Positions 29,901 through 39,889 of a DNA stretch of 64,000 bases are shown here, in pieces; position 1 is the stretch's first letter; the number at the start of each line of letters is the position of its first letter. Location: assembly GCA_964520585.1 (NCBI GenBank), contig CAZFOO010000003.1:21169-85168 (forward strand). The letters are read 5' to 3'. Position numbers and translations under genes: made by a program. This DNA comes from an uncultured Bacteroidales bacterium. Its GTDB lineage: Bacteria; Bacteroidota; Bacteroidia; Bacteroidales; PUMT01. Below the pieces are notes generated by a model. That model was not told the origin of the DNA and searched no databases. It saw only the letters and a program-made list of their open reading frames with translations.

Positions 29901-32024
29901 TTATTTTTTCCCCATACAGCAGCGTATAGCTTCCATAAGATGTTCTGTCTGAATTGGCTTTGTGATATATCCGTCACAACCTGCTTCACGATATCTTTCT
30001 TTTTCCCCGTTCATGGCATATGAGGTCTGAATTATAACGGGGAGCTCCGGATTAATCTTATGTATATTGCCAAGTACATTTAAACCGGTTATGTCCGGGA
30101 GATTTGGATCGAGTAGTACAAGTGATAATGTCTGATCTTTTTTACATATATCGAGTGATTGTTTACCTGTCCTGGCCCACAGTATTTTTGCCCCGGTTTT
30201 TCGGAGCATGGTTTTGATGAGGTTAAAGTTAACTTCGAGTTTTTCAACAACCAGGATTTTTCTTCCTTCAAGTATGGATCTGATTGTTGTTCGTGGACTA
30301 TTATCCGGTTTTGTTTTGGTATCCTGCGCAGGCTGGTAAGGAATTTTCACTGAAAAACAAGATCCCTGCCCCTCTGTAGACTCGACCCAGATCGAACCTC
30401 CCAGAAGTTCGACGAGGCTTTTCGATATAGAAAGTCCAAGGCCTGCACCTCTGTAATTTTTGGTATTGGAATCATCAACCTGCCCGAAGCGGTCAAATAT
30501 CATTTCCTGTTTTTCTTTACGTATCCCAATTCCTGTATCTTTAACAAAAAGAAGTATATTGCTTTTACCTTCCAGTCTTGAACCAATCTCAATTTTCCCT
30601 TTGTCAGTGAATTTTAGTGCGTTGCAGAGAAGATTGGTAATTACCTGCCTTAGCCTTTTGGCATCGGTATATGTGTACAACTCAGCGGGGAAATTCTCCC
30701 TGTTCAGGATAAACTGCAGTTCATCTTCCTTATCCTTTACCTGGAGTTTAAAAGAATCATAAATATCAATCAGCAGGGCATTTATATCACAAATTTCAGT
30801 CCGCATTGTAATTTGTCCTGCTTCAATTTTGGATATGTCAACAATGTCGTCAATAAGCTGGAGAAGAACATCGGAATTTTCCTTAATTATTGCCGAAAAA
30901 TTTTTCTTTTCCGCTATTGGAAGTTCAGGATCTGACAGCAGACCGGAAAGACCTACTATTGCATTCATAGGTGTCCTTATCTCATGTGACATGTTCGCCA
31001 GAAAGGCTGATTTAAGCCTGTCATTCTCTTCGGCTTTTTCTTTTGCCCTTATCCGTGCTTCTTCAATGAGTTTCCGGTTGCTTATATCATCCTTTATGGC
31101 TACAAAGTGAGTAATTTCCCCCTTTTGATTATCTATAGACGATATACTGACAAATTCCCAGAACAGTGAGCCGTCTTTTTTTTTGTTAAGAATTTCTCCC
31201 TGCCAGTCATCTCCTGATTTTATTCTTTCCCACATATCCCTGAAAAAGGATTCATCATGTTTCCCCGAATTAATGATATTCATGTTTTTCCCCATAACCT
31301 CTGCAAAGCTGTAGCCTGTTGTATTTACAAATGCCGGATTTACATATTCGATATTTCCTTCCGGATCTGTTATTAATACGCAAACCGGAGAATTTCTGAT
31401 TGCTTTGGAGAGGATCCTGAGTTTATATTCTGCTTCCCGCCTGAGAGTGATCTCTATGGAAATACCACCTATCTGCTTGTTATTCCGGTCATCCTGCATT
31501 AGGAATTTATGGGTCATATAAACCCTTTCTTTTCCGTTCTTGTCCGATACCACTTCCTCTACCATTATATTTTCGCCGGCAAGAACTCTTTTATCTTCCA
31601 GCATAATTCGCTCTGCAATTTCCCGGTCATAAATATTATAAGGCGTTTTATTCAGGCAGTTGGATTTACCGAAAACCTTATCCATATATTTATTCAGGTA
31701 AACATATCTTATATCGCTGTTTTTTATAAACACCCCCAGGGGAAGGTCATCCATAAAGTCGGCAAACTGGGTTTTTGTGTGTATGGAGGATCGCTGTTCA
31801 TCTCTATGCCAGAACTTCATCATTGGCTTGATGTAGATCCTGAAAAACAAAAAGGCTGTTATAAATGCCGTAATAATCAGGGAAGCAGCAATTATTAACA
31901 ATATTACCGGACCACCATTTTCAAGGGCGGCAGAAACAGCAATACCCAAAAGAGCAGAGAATACTGTTATTATTACAGCTAATGACAGTACAGCCCTTAC
32001 TACAACTTTTTTCTTGATTTGCAT
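29901..32024 (-). CDS. Hybrid sensor histidine kinase / response regulator (TM, PAS, HisKA, HATPase, REC)
   Basis: 707 aa with two N-terminal TM helices, PAS regions, SHEIRTPMNAIVG H-box, GAGLGLSISK G-box, and a C-terminal receiver (LVLLDPNLPDITG...KP). Confidence 0.88.
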   Translation of the reverse strand: MQIKKKVVVRAVLSLAVIITVFSALLGIAVSAALENGGPVILLIIAASLIITAFITAFLFFRIYIKPMMKFWHRDEQRSSIHTKTQFADFMDDLPLGVFIKNSDIRYVYLNKYMDKVFGKSNCLNKTPYNIYDREIAERIMLEDKRVLAGENIMVEEVVSDKNGKERVYMTHKFLMQDDRNNKQIGGISIEITLRREAEYKLRILSKAIRNSPVCVLITDPEGNIEYVNPAFVNTTGYSFAEVMGKNMNIINSGKHDESFFRDMWERIKSGDDWQGEILNKKKDGSLFWEFVSISSIDNQKGEITHFVAIKDDISNRKLIEEARIRAKEKAEENDRLKSAFLANMSHEIRTPMNAIVGLSGLLSDPELPIAEKKNFSAIIKENSDVLLQLIDDIVDISKIEAGQITMRTEICDINALLIDIYDSFKLQVKDKEDELQFILNRENFPAELYTYTDAKRLRQVITNLLCNALKFTDKGKIEIGSRLEGKSNILLFVKDTGIGIRKEKQEMIFDRFGQVDDSNTKNYRGAGLGLSISKSLVELLGGSIWVESTEGQGSCFSVKIPYQPAQDTKTKPDNSPRTTIRSILEGRKILVVEKLEVNFNLIKTMLRKTGAKILWARTGKQSLDICKKDQTLSLVLLDPNLPDITGLNVLGNIHKINPELPVIIQTSYAMNGEKERYREAGCDGYITKPIQTEHLMEAIRCCMGKK

Positions 32025-32391
32025 TTTATATGATCCTCAATCCCATAACCAGGGCTGAAGTACGTTATTTTTTTTCAACTGTGGAAATAATTCAGTTTAA
32101 AACAGACAGCTTCAGACAGATAAGTTATCAACATCGACATATTACCATCAATTTCCGGTTGTTTATAAATAATTTTTATTGAATACCCTCATCCTTCACT
32201 ACCAGATCAAAAGATCACTAAATTATCTGATGGTTTGACAGATTAAACTTTGCTCTCAAATGATAATATGTACACCTCATCTGCACAATAACTTAATGAT
32301 CAGGTAATCCGGTTTGGCCAGTTAAATATTGTATGGCTGGTCATCGGATAAATTTGCCGGATTTGGATTTGGCATACTGCAGCTAATTTTA

Positions 32392-32399
32392 TAACTTTG
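32392..32399 (+). promoter_or_regulatory. Candidate -7 promoter box (TAnnTTTG)
   Basis: TAACTTTG, 45 nt upstream of the ATG at 32444. Confidence 0.4.
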
Positions 32400-32443
32400 A
32401 TATACAGTTAGTTTACGTAATTATTAATTAAAACAAATGAGCT

Positions 32444-33079
32444 ATGATTAAAGAAATTTGGAAATATGCAGGGATTGCGGCTCTAATGGTTTCCCTGTCT
32501 GCATGTGATGACGATGACAATGGGAATGATGACCCTCAGAACGGACTCGAACCCGGAGAAATTGAATTCTCTGTCAGTGGTGATGTGAATGCCGAATATA
32601 CAGGGTCCGGAATTTATGCCGATATTGACGAAAGTGCCGAAGAGCGTTTCTTTGCGCTTGTACTGACTTCGGATACTGGTGATAATATGACTCTGGTATT
32701 TGCAGTGGGTGGAAATTATCCCGGCGACGGTACTTATAGTATACAGGATATTAATTTTGATCCGGAAGGGGGGTTTGATGGAGAATTAGATGAACCCACT
32801 AATCAATGGCTTACTAACCTGGATGAATTTGTCGCCTATGGAAGCCGGCAGGAAGGTGCGCAATCCCAACAGGTCATTGTATCCAAATCTGGAGATATTA
32901 CCATAGAGATAGACGGCCAGAACTTGCTGGTTGGTGAATTTGATATTTCTGCCTCCGCCTATGAGTACGATCAGGTTGAAATGACTTTTGAAGAGCTTAG
33001 TGTTGAAATCAGCGGAAGTTTCAATGCCCTCCGTGGTGCTTATCAGCAAACCGGTAGTATCATGCCTTCCGGGTTTTAG
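32444..33079 (+). CDS. Hypothetical acidic lipoprotein
   Basis: Signal peptide plus lipobox (AALMVSLSAC) followed by DDDDNGNDD. The family was not recognised. Confidence 0.6.
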   Translation: MIKEIWKYAGIAALMVSLSACDDDDNGNDDPQNGLEPGEIEFSVSGDVNAEYTGSGIYADIDESAEERFFALVLTSDTGDNMTLVFAVGGNYPGDGTYSIQDINFDPEGGFDGELDEPTNQWLTNLDEFVAYGSRQEGAQSQQVIVSKSGDITIEIDGQNLLVGEFDISASAYEYDQVEMTFEELSVEISGSFNALRGAYQQTGSIMPSGF

Positions 33080-33185
33080 ACCGGAATGACAGGGGAGAGT
33101 AACCGGCAAAAACAGCTAAGATCCCGATCCTGCAGAGAAACCGGTCCGGATAAATCGACCAGAAGGTTCCGGATTCGTATGTAAT

Positions 33186-34667
33186 TTAATTTTGCGGATT
33201 GTGATATAATTCTTGCCTTATTCTTGCTTCTTCCAGCCATTTGGGTACAACGGTATTCAGGAATTCCGCTTTTTGCTGCCTTATCTCATCCATATTAAGG
33301 CCCAGGAGTTCCTGTGCTTTTTCTTTTGTTGAGTAGTCTGGAAGCTGTACCGGTTGCGGTATATCGTACCTGCTCATTACCCTGGAGAGGAGGATCCTAG
33401 CTTCCTGGACTTTGTCAATCGAAGTAGCCAGAACCCTCAGTGCTTCGTTGGGCGAATGTATACCCATCCCGTTTGCAGCGGCTACCCAGTCCCAGCGCCA
33501 TTGTGAATGCCTGATGAGTTGAAGGATATCTTCCATTTCCTCTTCAGTTGCCCCGGCATCCCAGGCAATCTCAGCTTCAAGGTGAATCCTGGCCAGATGC
33601 TTTTCGGCCATACCGCGCAATTGTCTGACCTTATCTTGCCTGTCATAAACATTTTGGCGAAGTGTTTCTTCACTTTCCTGGTGGCAGACCTGGCAGGAGC
33701 CTTCTATATTGTTCAGGGGACTTTGCAGGTGGTGATCGGTAAATTTCATGCCCCCTTCCCTTTTATATGGCATATGGCAGTCCGCGCACGCAACACCACG
33801 TTGGGCATGTACTCCTGTTTTGTACAGTTCGTAGTCGGGATGCTGTGCCGCCAGCATTGGCGCACGGCTCAACGCATGAACCCAATCCGTGAAATTTAAA
33901 TTATCATAATAAGCCTCCATATCATCGGCACTGAAACCTTCATCCCATGGCAGGGTAAGATAGTTTTCTTCGCCGCGGAAATAATATTCAACATGGCACT
34001 GTGCACAAACCAGGGAACGCATTTCCTGGTGAGTCGCTTGTTCTATATCCTTTCCCCGTCTTTCAAAGGCTTCTGCCAGTACCGGCCTGGTTATTCTCAG
34101 ATTCATGGTTTCAGGATCATGGCAGTCCTGGCATCCTATGGGATTAACTATCTCGCTCCCCAGATCCATCCATGATCTGCTATAGAACTCTTCTACGCCT
34201 ATCTCATGCATTACCCTTGGTACATCGGTGCTCTTACATGTCCAGCATGTAGCCGGCTGGGACTGAACCGTGCGAAGGGTGTTATGTATATCGGTTACCG
34301 AGTGGTAGTGCCCCCTGCCCTGACTATAATCTTTTGCAAATGCATATCCACCCCACATAATCACCATCTCAGGATATTTTTTCAGATAGTCCAGTTTGAG
34401 AGACCCATTATATTTACTTTCAAAGGTAGTGTCAAGGGTTTGACGGTATGATTCATACTGCCGGGGAAAGTTTTGGCCCCATACTTCATTCCTGGGCTCC
34501 CATTCGGGAATGGGAGCCACCTTCTGAAAATATAGCTGGGCTTCACTTCTCCTTTCTACTATCGAAGCTGCCAGTAGTCCTAGAAAAAAGACAATTATCA
34601 CTGTGCCAAAGAACAGCACCCAGTTTATCCAGGGTTTCTTTTTGGAGAGCTCTTTTATAGTTGCCAT
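33186..34667 (-). CDS. nrfA: Ammonia-forming pentaheme cytochrome c nitrite reductase
   Basis: 493 aa with an N-terminal anchor/signal helix, the diagnostic CWTCK (CxxCK) heme-1 site and four CxxCH sites (CQDCH, CAQCH, CADCH, CQVCH). Confidence 0.93.
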   Translation of the reverse strand: MATIKELSKKKPWINWVLFFGTVIIVFFLGLLAASIVERRSEAQLYFQKVAPIPEWEPRNEVWGQNFPRQYESYRQTLDTTFESKYNGSLKLDYLKKYPEMVIMWGGYAFAKDYSQGRGHYHSVTDIHNTLRTVQSQPATCWTCKSTDVPRVMHEIGVEEFYSRSWMDLGSEIVNPIGCQDCHDPETMNLRITRPVLAEAFERRGKDIEQATHQEMRSLVCAQCHVEYYFRGEENYLTLPWDEGFSADDMEAYYDNLNFTDWVHALSRAPMLAAQHPDYELYKTGVHAQRGVACADCHMPYKREGGMKFTDHHLQSPLNNIEGSCQVCHQESEETLRQNVYDRQDKVRQLRGMAEKHLARIHLEAEIAWDAGATEEEMEDILQLIRHSQWRWDWVAAANGMGIHSPNEALRVLATSIDKVQEARILLSRVMSRYDIPQPVQLPDYSTKEKAQELLGLNMDEIRQQKAEFLNTVVPKWLEEARIRQELYHNPQN

Positions 34668-34833
34668 ATGGTTTAAATTTTATCCTTGATTTGATCCTGA
34701 AGATTTTTTCTATACTTTTTAGAGGTATTTATCGGATATCGTGTTCTATAAATTTCTCCTGAATTATTCCTTAAGCCTGTTTGTTAATTGCATTGTAGTT
34801 CCTCATAACATATTTAATTTATTTAACCTGCAA

Positions 34834-35427
34834 TCAATCTTCTCTCCTGTTAAGAAAATCATTCAGCCACTCCGGCATTACCGAAGGCAGGCGGGGTAAA
34901 AGTGAGAAAGGGGCCGATGACAGACTTCTCACTGTTCCGTGGGGCACATCACGGTGACAATCCCAGCACCTGCTGCCTCGGCCTTCCTGGTAGTTTGTTC
35001 CTGTTACTTCTATGATTCTTGTCATCTCCACCAGATCCTGGTGGCAACGTATACAATTCTCCTGTACAACATTGATCCCGCGTTGCTTTATCCGGATTAC
35101 CTGTGGTTCAGTTCTTGACGTGAAAACATAGGCATGCCTTGCCCCATCTGTTCCCTTTACATAATATTTACTAAAAACATTATCCTGTGGCACGTGGCAT
35201 TCGGCACAGGTGGCGGTTTCACGGTGACTGCTCTTTGCCCATGAGGCGTATTGTGGGTACATCACATGGCAGTTGATGCAGGTTTCCGGATCATCTGATA
35301 TGTATGAATGGGCTTCGGAAGAATGGACAACCAGAAACGCTATGCCTGTGAATACACCAAGCAGGATAATGACTGCAGGTTTCCAACCTGAAGGCGGTTC
35401 CAGAATTGTCAGAAGCCTTTTTATCAT
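34834..35427 (-). CDS. nrfH: NrfH, tetraheme NapC/NirT-family quinol dehydrogenase subunit
   Basis: 197 aa with one TM helix and four CxxCH sites (CINCH, CAECH, CIRCH, CWDCH). Located upstream of nrfA. Confidence 0.9.
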   Translation of the reverse strand: MIKRLLTILEPPSGWKPAVIILLGVFTGIAFLVVHSSEAHSYISDDPETCINCHVMYPQYASWAKSSHRETATCAECHVPQDNVFSKYYVKGTDGARHAYVFTSRTEPQVIRIKQRGINVVQENCIRCHQDLVEMTRIIEVTGTNYQEGRGSRCWDCHRDVPHGTVRSLSSAPFSLLPRLPSVMPEWLNDFLNRRED

Positions 35428-35529
35428 CCTGCAGTGATTTGTATTGTATTAATAATGGTTATGTGGGTTGATTTTTCAAAAACCCCTCCGGCCAATTCGG
35501 TGAATCAGTACCAAATTGCCATATGTAAC

Positions 35530-35537
35530 CAAAATTA
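35530..35537 (-). promoter_or_regulatory. Candidate -7 promoter box for nrfHA
   Basis: Forward CAAAATTA equals minus-strand TAATTTTG (TAnnTTTG), about 103 nt upstream of the nrfH ATG. Confidence 0.35.
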
Positions 35538-35693
35538 TTAAAAAAAAATCTACGAATCAATAGATACAGGCTTATTTGTAATTAATCTAATGCTAATGAA
35601 GCCTTTATTATTAAAGTATGTCAGTGCTATTCCGGCCTTTGTTTATATCGTGAACGCTCCGTATAACCGGCCCTGTAAAAAAGCATATATGTT

Positions 35694-36029
35694 CTATACC
35701 GGCTCTTTGATCATGGTCAGTACCATTTTGTATCTTTCCACGGCCCGGAGAGCATGCGGTATGTTTGCCGGCATAATGATTGAATCACCTTTTTCCAGGA
35801 GATGTATTTTGTCGGCGATTGTAATTTCGGCCTTTCCGTCAACCACCTGCACAAGTGCATCGAATGGTGCAGTATGTTCACTCAGTCCTTCACCTTTATC
35901 AAATGCGAAAAGCGAAATATTTCCTGTATTACGTTTAAGGACATTTTTGCTCACAATGGCACCGTCTGCATATTTAACTTCTTCATCAAACCTGAATACT
36001 TCATCTTGTATGAATTCTTTTTGCTCCAT
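35694..36029 (-). CDS. Cupin-domain protein
   Basis: 111 aa: GEGLSEHTAPFDALVQVVDGKAEITI...GDSIIMPANIPHAL. Confidence 0.75.
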   Translation of the reverse strand: MEQKEFIQDEVFRFDEEVKYADGAIVSKNVLKRNTGNISLFAFDKGEGLSEHTAPFDALVQVVDGKAEITIADKIHLLEKGDSIIMPANIPHALRAVERYKMVLTMIKEPV

Positions 36030-36050
36030 AGTTTTAGTTTTTATAGTTAT

Positions 36051-36083
36051 AAAAAAACACCGGGAGATAAATTGTCCCCCGGT
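36051..36083 (-). terminator. Rho-independent terminator downstream of hcp
   Basis: Minus strand reads ACCGGG-GGACAATTTATCT-CCCGGT followed by G and seven T (forward A-run 36051-36057). Confidence 0.7.
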
Positions 36084-36120
36084 AAGATCTGGAGGGAGAT
36101 AAATTGTCCCCCGGTAAGAT
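36062..36120. repeat. Tandem direct repeat, 2 x 27 bp with 32-bp period, duplicating the hcp terminator arm
   Basis: GGGAGATAAATTGTCCCCCGGTAAGAT occurs at 36062-36088 and identically at 36094-36120. Confidence 0.9.
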
Positions 36121-36125
36121 ATGGA

Positions 36126-37778
36126 TTAGTTCATAAACATTTTTACATCTTGTTCAGGATTCGTTATCCCTCCAATCCCGAATTTGTCGACCAGCACGTT
36201 TGCAACGTTCGGTGAAAGAAAAGCCGGCAGGGTAGGGCCAAGGTGAATATTTTTCACGCCCAGGGAAAGGAGTGCAAGAAGCACAATGACCGCTTTTTGC
36301 TCGTACCATGCAATATTGTATGCAATGGGCAGCTCATTGATATCATTCAGTTCGAATATCTCTTTCAGCTTCATGGCAATTACCGCAAGGGAATAGGAAT
36401 CGTTGCACTGTCCGGCATCCAGAACCCGGGGTATACCCCCAATGTCTCCAAGAGGAAGTTTATTGTACCGGTATTTGGCACAGCCTGCAGTTAGTATTAC
36501 CGTATCTTCAGGAAGCTCTTCGGCAAATTCGGTATAGTATTCCCTGCTTTTCATCCTTCCGTCACATCCTGCCATGACAAAGAATTTTTTTATGGCCCCG
36601 CTTTTTACCGCGTCAACTACCTTGTCGGCAAGTGCGAAAACCTGGGCATGTGCGAATCCCCCGACTATTTCTCCTTTTTCAATTTCCACCGGGGACTGGC
36701 ATTTTTTGGCGTGCTCAATTATTTTTGAGAAATCTTTCTGGCCGCCCTTCTCACGTTCAGGTATATGCTCAAAACCATCAAATCCTGCGGCACCGGTAGT
36801 ATATACCCTGTCGCTATAAGTTGATTTTGAGGTGGGAGGGACTATACAATTTGTTGTGAAAAGGACCGGCCCGTTAAATGATTCAAACTCCTCCTTTTGT
36901 TTCCACCATGAGTTTCCGTAGTTGCCTATAAAATGCTTGAATTTTTTGAAGGCCGGGTAGTAATTGGCGGGAAGCATTTCGCTATGGGTATATACATCCA
37001 CCCCGGTTCCTTCGGTTTGTTCCAGAAGTTCCTGCATATCCTTGAGATCGTGCCCGCTGATCAGTATGCCTGGGTTTTCACCGGTTCCGATATTAACGCT
37101 GGTTATTTCAGGATTTCCGTAAGCCGAGGTATTAGCTTTGTCAAGAAGTGCCATGGCGGTTACTCCGTGTTTTCCTGTTTCCATTACCAGTGAAACAAGT
37201 TCGTCAACAGTCAGGTCGTCACGTGTTGTAGCAACCAGCGCATCCTGCATAAAGCTGTAAAGGGAAGGATCCTCGTGGCCGAGGTTCCATGCATGCTCGG
37301 TATAGGCCGCCATGCCTTTTACACCATAGATAATAAGTTCCCGCAGGGAACGCACATCTTCATTTTTTGTGCTGAGCACACCTATGGTTTGTGCTTTCCT
37401 TTCAAATTCATCGGGAGTGAACGCCTGCCATTCGGCCGACTCATGAAGAGGGCCCTCAGGAAAAATTCCTTTTTCTTCAAGTTCAAGTCTCAGTTTGTTG
37501 CGCATTTCAAGACCTTCCTGGATTTTAGCGATAAAGACTTTTTTGTCGAAATTACCATTGGTTATGGTGGCAAAAAGGCTGTCAACAATGAACTTGTTGA
37601 TTCCGGGTTTTTCAATTCCGGCTTTGCGTGCTGTGGTTGTGTAAATGGAGATACCTTTGAGAACGAACATTAAAACATCCTGGAGATTGGCAACATCATC
37701 TGTTTTTCCGCAAACTCCCTTTATGGTACAACCTGTGTTCTTGGCTGCTTCCTGGCATTGATAACAAAACATACTCAT
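36126..37778 (-). CDS. hcp: Hydroxylamine reductase / hybrid-cluster protein
   Basis: 550 aa with N-terminal MFCYQCQE...GCT..GVCGK cubane-cluster motif. Length and overall pattern are typical of class I Hcp. Confidence 0.93.
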   Translation of the reverse strand: MSMFCYQCQEAAKNTGCTIKGVCGKTDDVANLQDVLMFVLKGISIYTTTARKAGIEKPGINKFIVDSLFATITNGNFDKKVFIAKIQEGLEMRNKLRLELEEKGIFPEGPLHESAEWQAFTPDEFERKAQTIGVLSTKNEDVRSLRELIIYGVKGMAAYTEHAWNLGHEDPSLYSFMQDALVATTRDDLTVDELVSLVMETGKHGVTAMALLDKANTSAYGNPEITSVNIGTGENPGILISGHDLKDMQELLEQTEGTGVDVYTHSEMLPANYYPAFKKFKHFIGNYGNSWWKQKEEFESFNGPVLFTTNCIVPPTSKSTYSDRVYTTGAAGFDGFEHIPEREKGGQKDFSKIIEHAKKCQSPVEIEKGEIVGGFAHAQVFALADKVVDAVKSGAIKKFFVMAGCDGRMKSREYYTEFAEELPEDTVILTAGCAKYRYNKLPLGDIGGIPRVLDAGQCNDSYSLAVIAMKLKEIFELNDINELPIAYNIAWYEQKAVIVLLALLSLGVKNIHLGPTLPAFLSPNVANVLVDKFGIGGITNPEQDVKMFMN

Positions 37779-37828
37779 AATATTATATTGGTTTTAAAGG
37801 TTAAAAAAATCTGAAAATTTATGGTTAT

Positions 37829-37848
37829 AACCGGGAGTGACCCCGGTT
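37829..37848 (-). other. Hairpin in the hcp 5-prime region (DUF1360 terminator or hcp leader structure)
   Basis: AACCGGG-AGTGAC-CCCGGTT, 7-bp stem, about 50 nt upstream of the hcp ATG. No adjacent U-tract. Confidence 0.4.
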
Positions 37849-38041
37849 AATTTTCCATGCTGTCATTAGTTACTGTAAAATATTAACGATCAGATGGTAA
37901 AATAAATGTACCTGTTTCTCATGCTGTCAATGGTGAAATGTTTCTACACTGATCAGATAAGAAATTAGTATTCAATTTATTTTAGAAACCCTGTAAAGCC
38001 AATAGGGGGAGGCAGACGGGAAATTGGATGAGATAAGTCTG

Positions 38042-38515
38042 TTACGGCTTTTTAAAACCGGTTTGTTTTCTTTTTTCTCTCACATCCATCTGTTTCTCTT
38101 CAGCAAACATACCCATGATATTCACGCCTAGCTGCAAAAACGTAGCTACCCCGGCTATGGCCATTATATATATGAAAAGGTGGCCGAAGGGAACAAGAAA
38201 AAAGATGGCTACATTGAACAGGGAAATCCATACTCCTGCGCACCAGGGACAGGTAAGAATTGTTTTTACCGAGGCTCCAAAGCCTGAATTCTCGAAAGAA
38301 CGGCTGATATCCCTGAATAATTTAAAGATTCTGTCGTAAACCATAAGCCGTGTCATCCGGTAGGTGGCAATACAGATCACCAACAATTCAAAAACGCTGA
38401 TGCTGTCAACACCTATACCCCTGGCATTTAACAAAGTTCCTAAAGCAATAAGTAAAAGAACGTAAACGAACATTGACACAACATTCCAGATCTTTTCGGT
38501 ATTTGTTTGTTTCAT
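38042..38515 (-). CDS. DUF1360 membrane protein
   Basis: 157 aa, 4 TM helices, with the characteristic LTCPWCAGVWISL motif. Confidence 0.75.
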   Translation of the reverse strand: MKQTNTEKIWNVVSMFVYVLLLIALGTLLNARGIGVDSISVFELLVICIATYRMTRLMVYDRIFKLFRDISRSFENSGFGASVKTILTCPWCAGVWISLFNVAIFFLVPFGHLFIYIMAIAGVATFLQLGVNIMGMFAEEKQMDVREKRKQTGFKKP

Positions 38516-38675
38516 TATTTTGCCTGTTAATCAGTTGAATTAAAATTATACGACTGCAAATTAGACAAAAAAAGACAAACTTTGTTTTCTTACATAAGAT
38601 CTTTCCAAATAGTTTATGTCATTTTTATCTATATATTTTTTTAAACTGACCTGAAGAAAGATTACAAAATGGACT

Positions 38676-39719
38676 CTAGATCCATTCCTCCGCAAGGATG
38701 TTGCCTCTTATGCCCACGGTTATCGATTTGACCGGAACTTTCCTGTTGGCCGATTGCACTGCCTTCATTGCTATTTGCTCTATTCCTGAGCAGCAGGGAA
38801 CCTCCATCTTCATTACCGTAACTGTGTTTATACGGGCATCATTGATCAGCCGTACCAGTTTTTCCAGGTACACCTCCTTATTGGAATCCAATTTGGGACA
38901 TGCAATGGCAAGGGTTTTTCCTTTCAGAAATCCGTCATGAAAATTTCCCATGGAATAAGCCACACAGTCCGCCGCCAACAGCAGATCCGATCCCCTGAAG
39001 TGCGAAGCTCCCGGGTTAATCAGGTGCATCTGTACCGGCCACTGTGTCAGTTGTGAAGGGGTGTCTTCCGATGACCCGGCGTTGTTGACCTGACTGGCTG
39101 CCGGAGAAGCCGGAGTTCCGTTGTTGGCGGGAGAAGCAAAACTCACTGACCTGGATCCCGGACAACCACCGCTTCTTGCATCCCATGCAGTTCCTGCAAT
39201 ATCCGATGCGACCGGCACCTGAGCGCCATTGGCGACTGCGGGTTCATGATTTTCTTTTCGGGAGTTTATTAGTCTTTCGGGTTCATTATTTTTGTCCGCA
39301 GCTGCGGGTTCGTGATTTTCTTTTCGGGGACTGTAATGATGGACTTGCTGAATAACCTCCTTCACCGGAAAGTCAATACTTTCAGAATTATTCATCAGGT
39401 ATTCTGCAGCCTGTCTGAGGAATATAAATTCTCCGTGATCCTTGAGGTGTTTCATATGTGCGGTGACCGTGTTCCTGCCCTTTTTTACCATCTCTTCCAT
39501 AACGCGGACTTCATCGTAAGGCATAGCTTCCCGCATTTCAATTTCCATGGCACCTTCCGGACAGTGGCCTAAACATGCACCCAGTCCGTCACACATCAGG
39601 TCACTTATCAACCTTGCTTTGCCGTCTATTATCTGAAGTGCACCTTCATAGCAGTTGGGAATACATAAACCGCAACCGTTACATTTCTCCTCATCTATTT
39701 TAATTATTTCACGCTTCAT
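38676..39719 (-). CDS. Ferredoxin-like fusion protein: N-terminal 2x[4Fe-4S] domain, repetitive linker, and a Cys-containing C-terminal domain
   Basis: CNGCGLCIPNC and CDGLGACLGHCPEG motifs. The linker carries a duplicated RKENHEPA unit. The C-terminal domain has AADCVAY, IACPKLD and VPCCSG. Confidence 0.8.
   Translation of the reverse strand: MKREIIKIDEEKCNGCGLCIPNCYEGALQIIDGKARLISDLMCDGLGACLGHCPEGAMEIEMREAMPYDEVRVMEEMVKKGRNTVTAHMKHLKDHGEFIFLRQAAEYLMNNSESIDFPVKEVIQQVHHYSPRKENHEPAAADKNNEPERLINSRKENHEPAVANGAQVPVASDIAGTAWDARSGGCPGSRSVSFASPANNGTPASPAASQVNNAGSSEDTPSQLTQWPVQMHLINPGASHFRGSDLLLAADCVAYSMGNFHDGFLKGKTLAIACPKLDSNKEVYLEKLVRLINDARINTVTVMKMEVPCCSGIEQIAMKAVQSANRKVPVKSITVGIRGNILAEEWI
39236..39328. 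repeat. In-frame 66-bp tandem duplication inside the ferredoxin linker
   Basis: CTGCGGGTTCATGATTTTCTTTTCGGG (39236-39262) against CTGCGGGTTCGTGATTTTCTTTTCGGG (39302-39328), one mismatch. Confidence 0.9.
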
Positions 39720-39801
39720 ATTTAAAGATTTGCTTTGTTTTGTTAATTATGGTTTATATATCAGTTCGTTAATGTTATAAGTAAAAAGGTAATTAAATAC
39801 T

Positions 39802-39809
39802 CAAATATA
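39802..39809 (-). promoter_or_regulatory. Candidate -7 promoter box for the ferredoxin gene, embedded in an AT palindrome
   Basis: Forward CAAATATA equals minus-strand TATATTTG (TAnnTTTG), about 83 nt upstream of the ATG at 39719. It overlaps the inverted repeat AATATAT-N9-ATATATT (39804-39826). Confidence 0.35.
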
Positions 39810-39889
39810 TATAATAGAAATATATTGTACAAGTTTTTAAGAGGAAAATTCAGGTTTTAGCTGTTAATTTATATGGAGTCTAATTTATA

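Noticed and set aside
35590-36102. 170-aa plus-strand ORF (also 35802-36215)
   Set aside because: It is antisense to the well-supported cupin gene and extends into the hcp terminator region. Its composition is hydrophobic and low-complexity.
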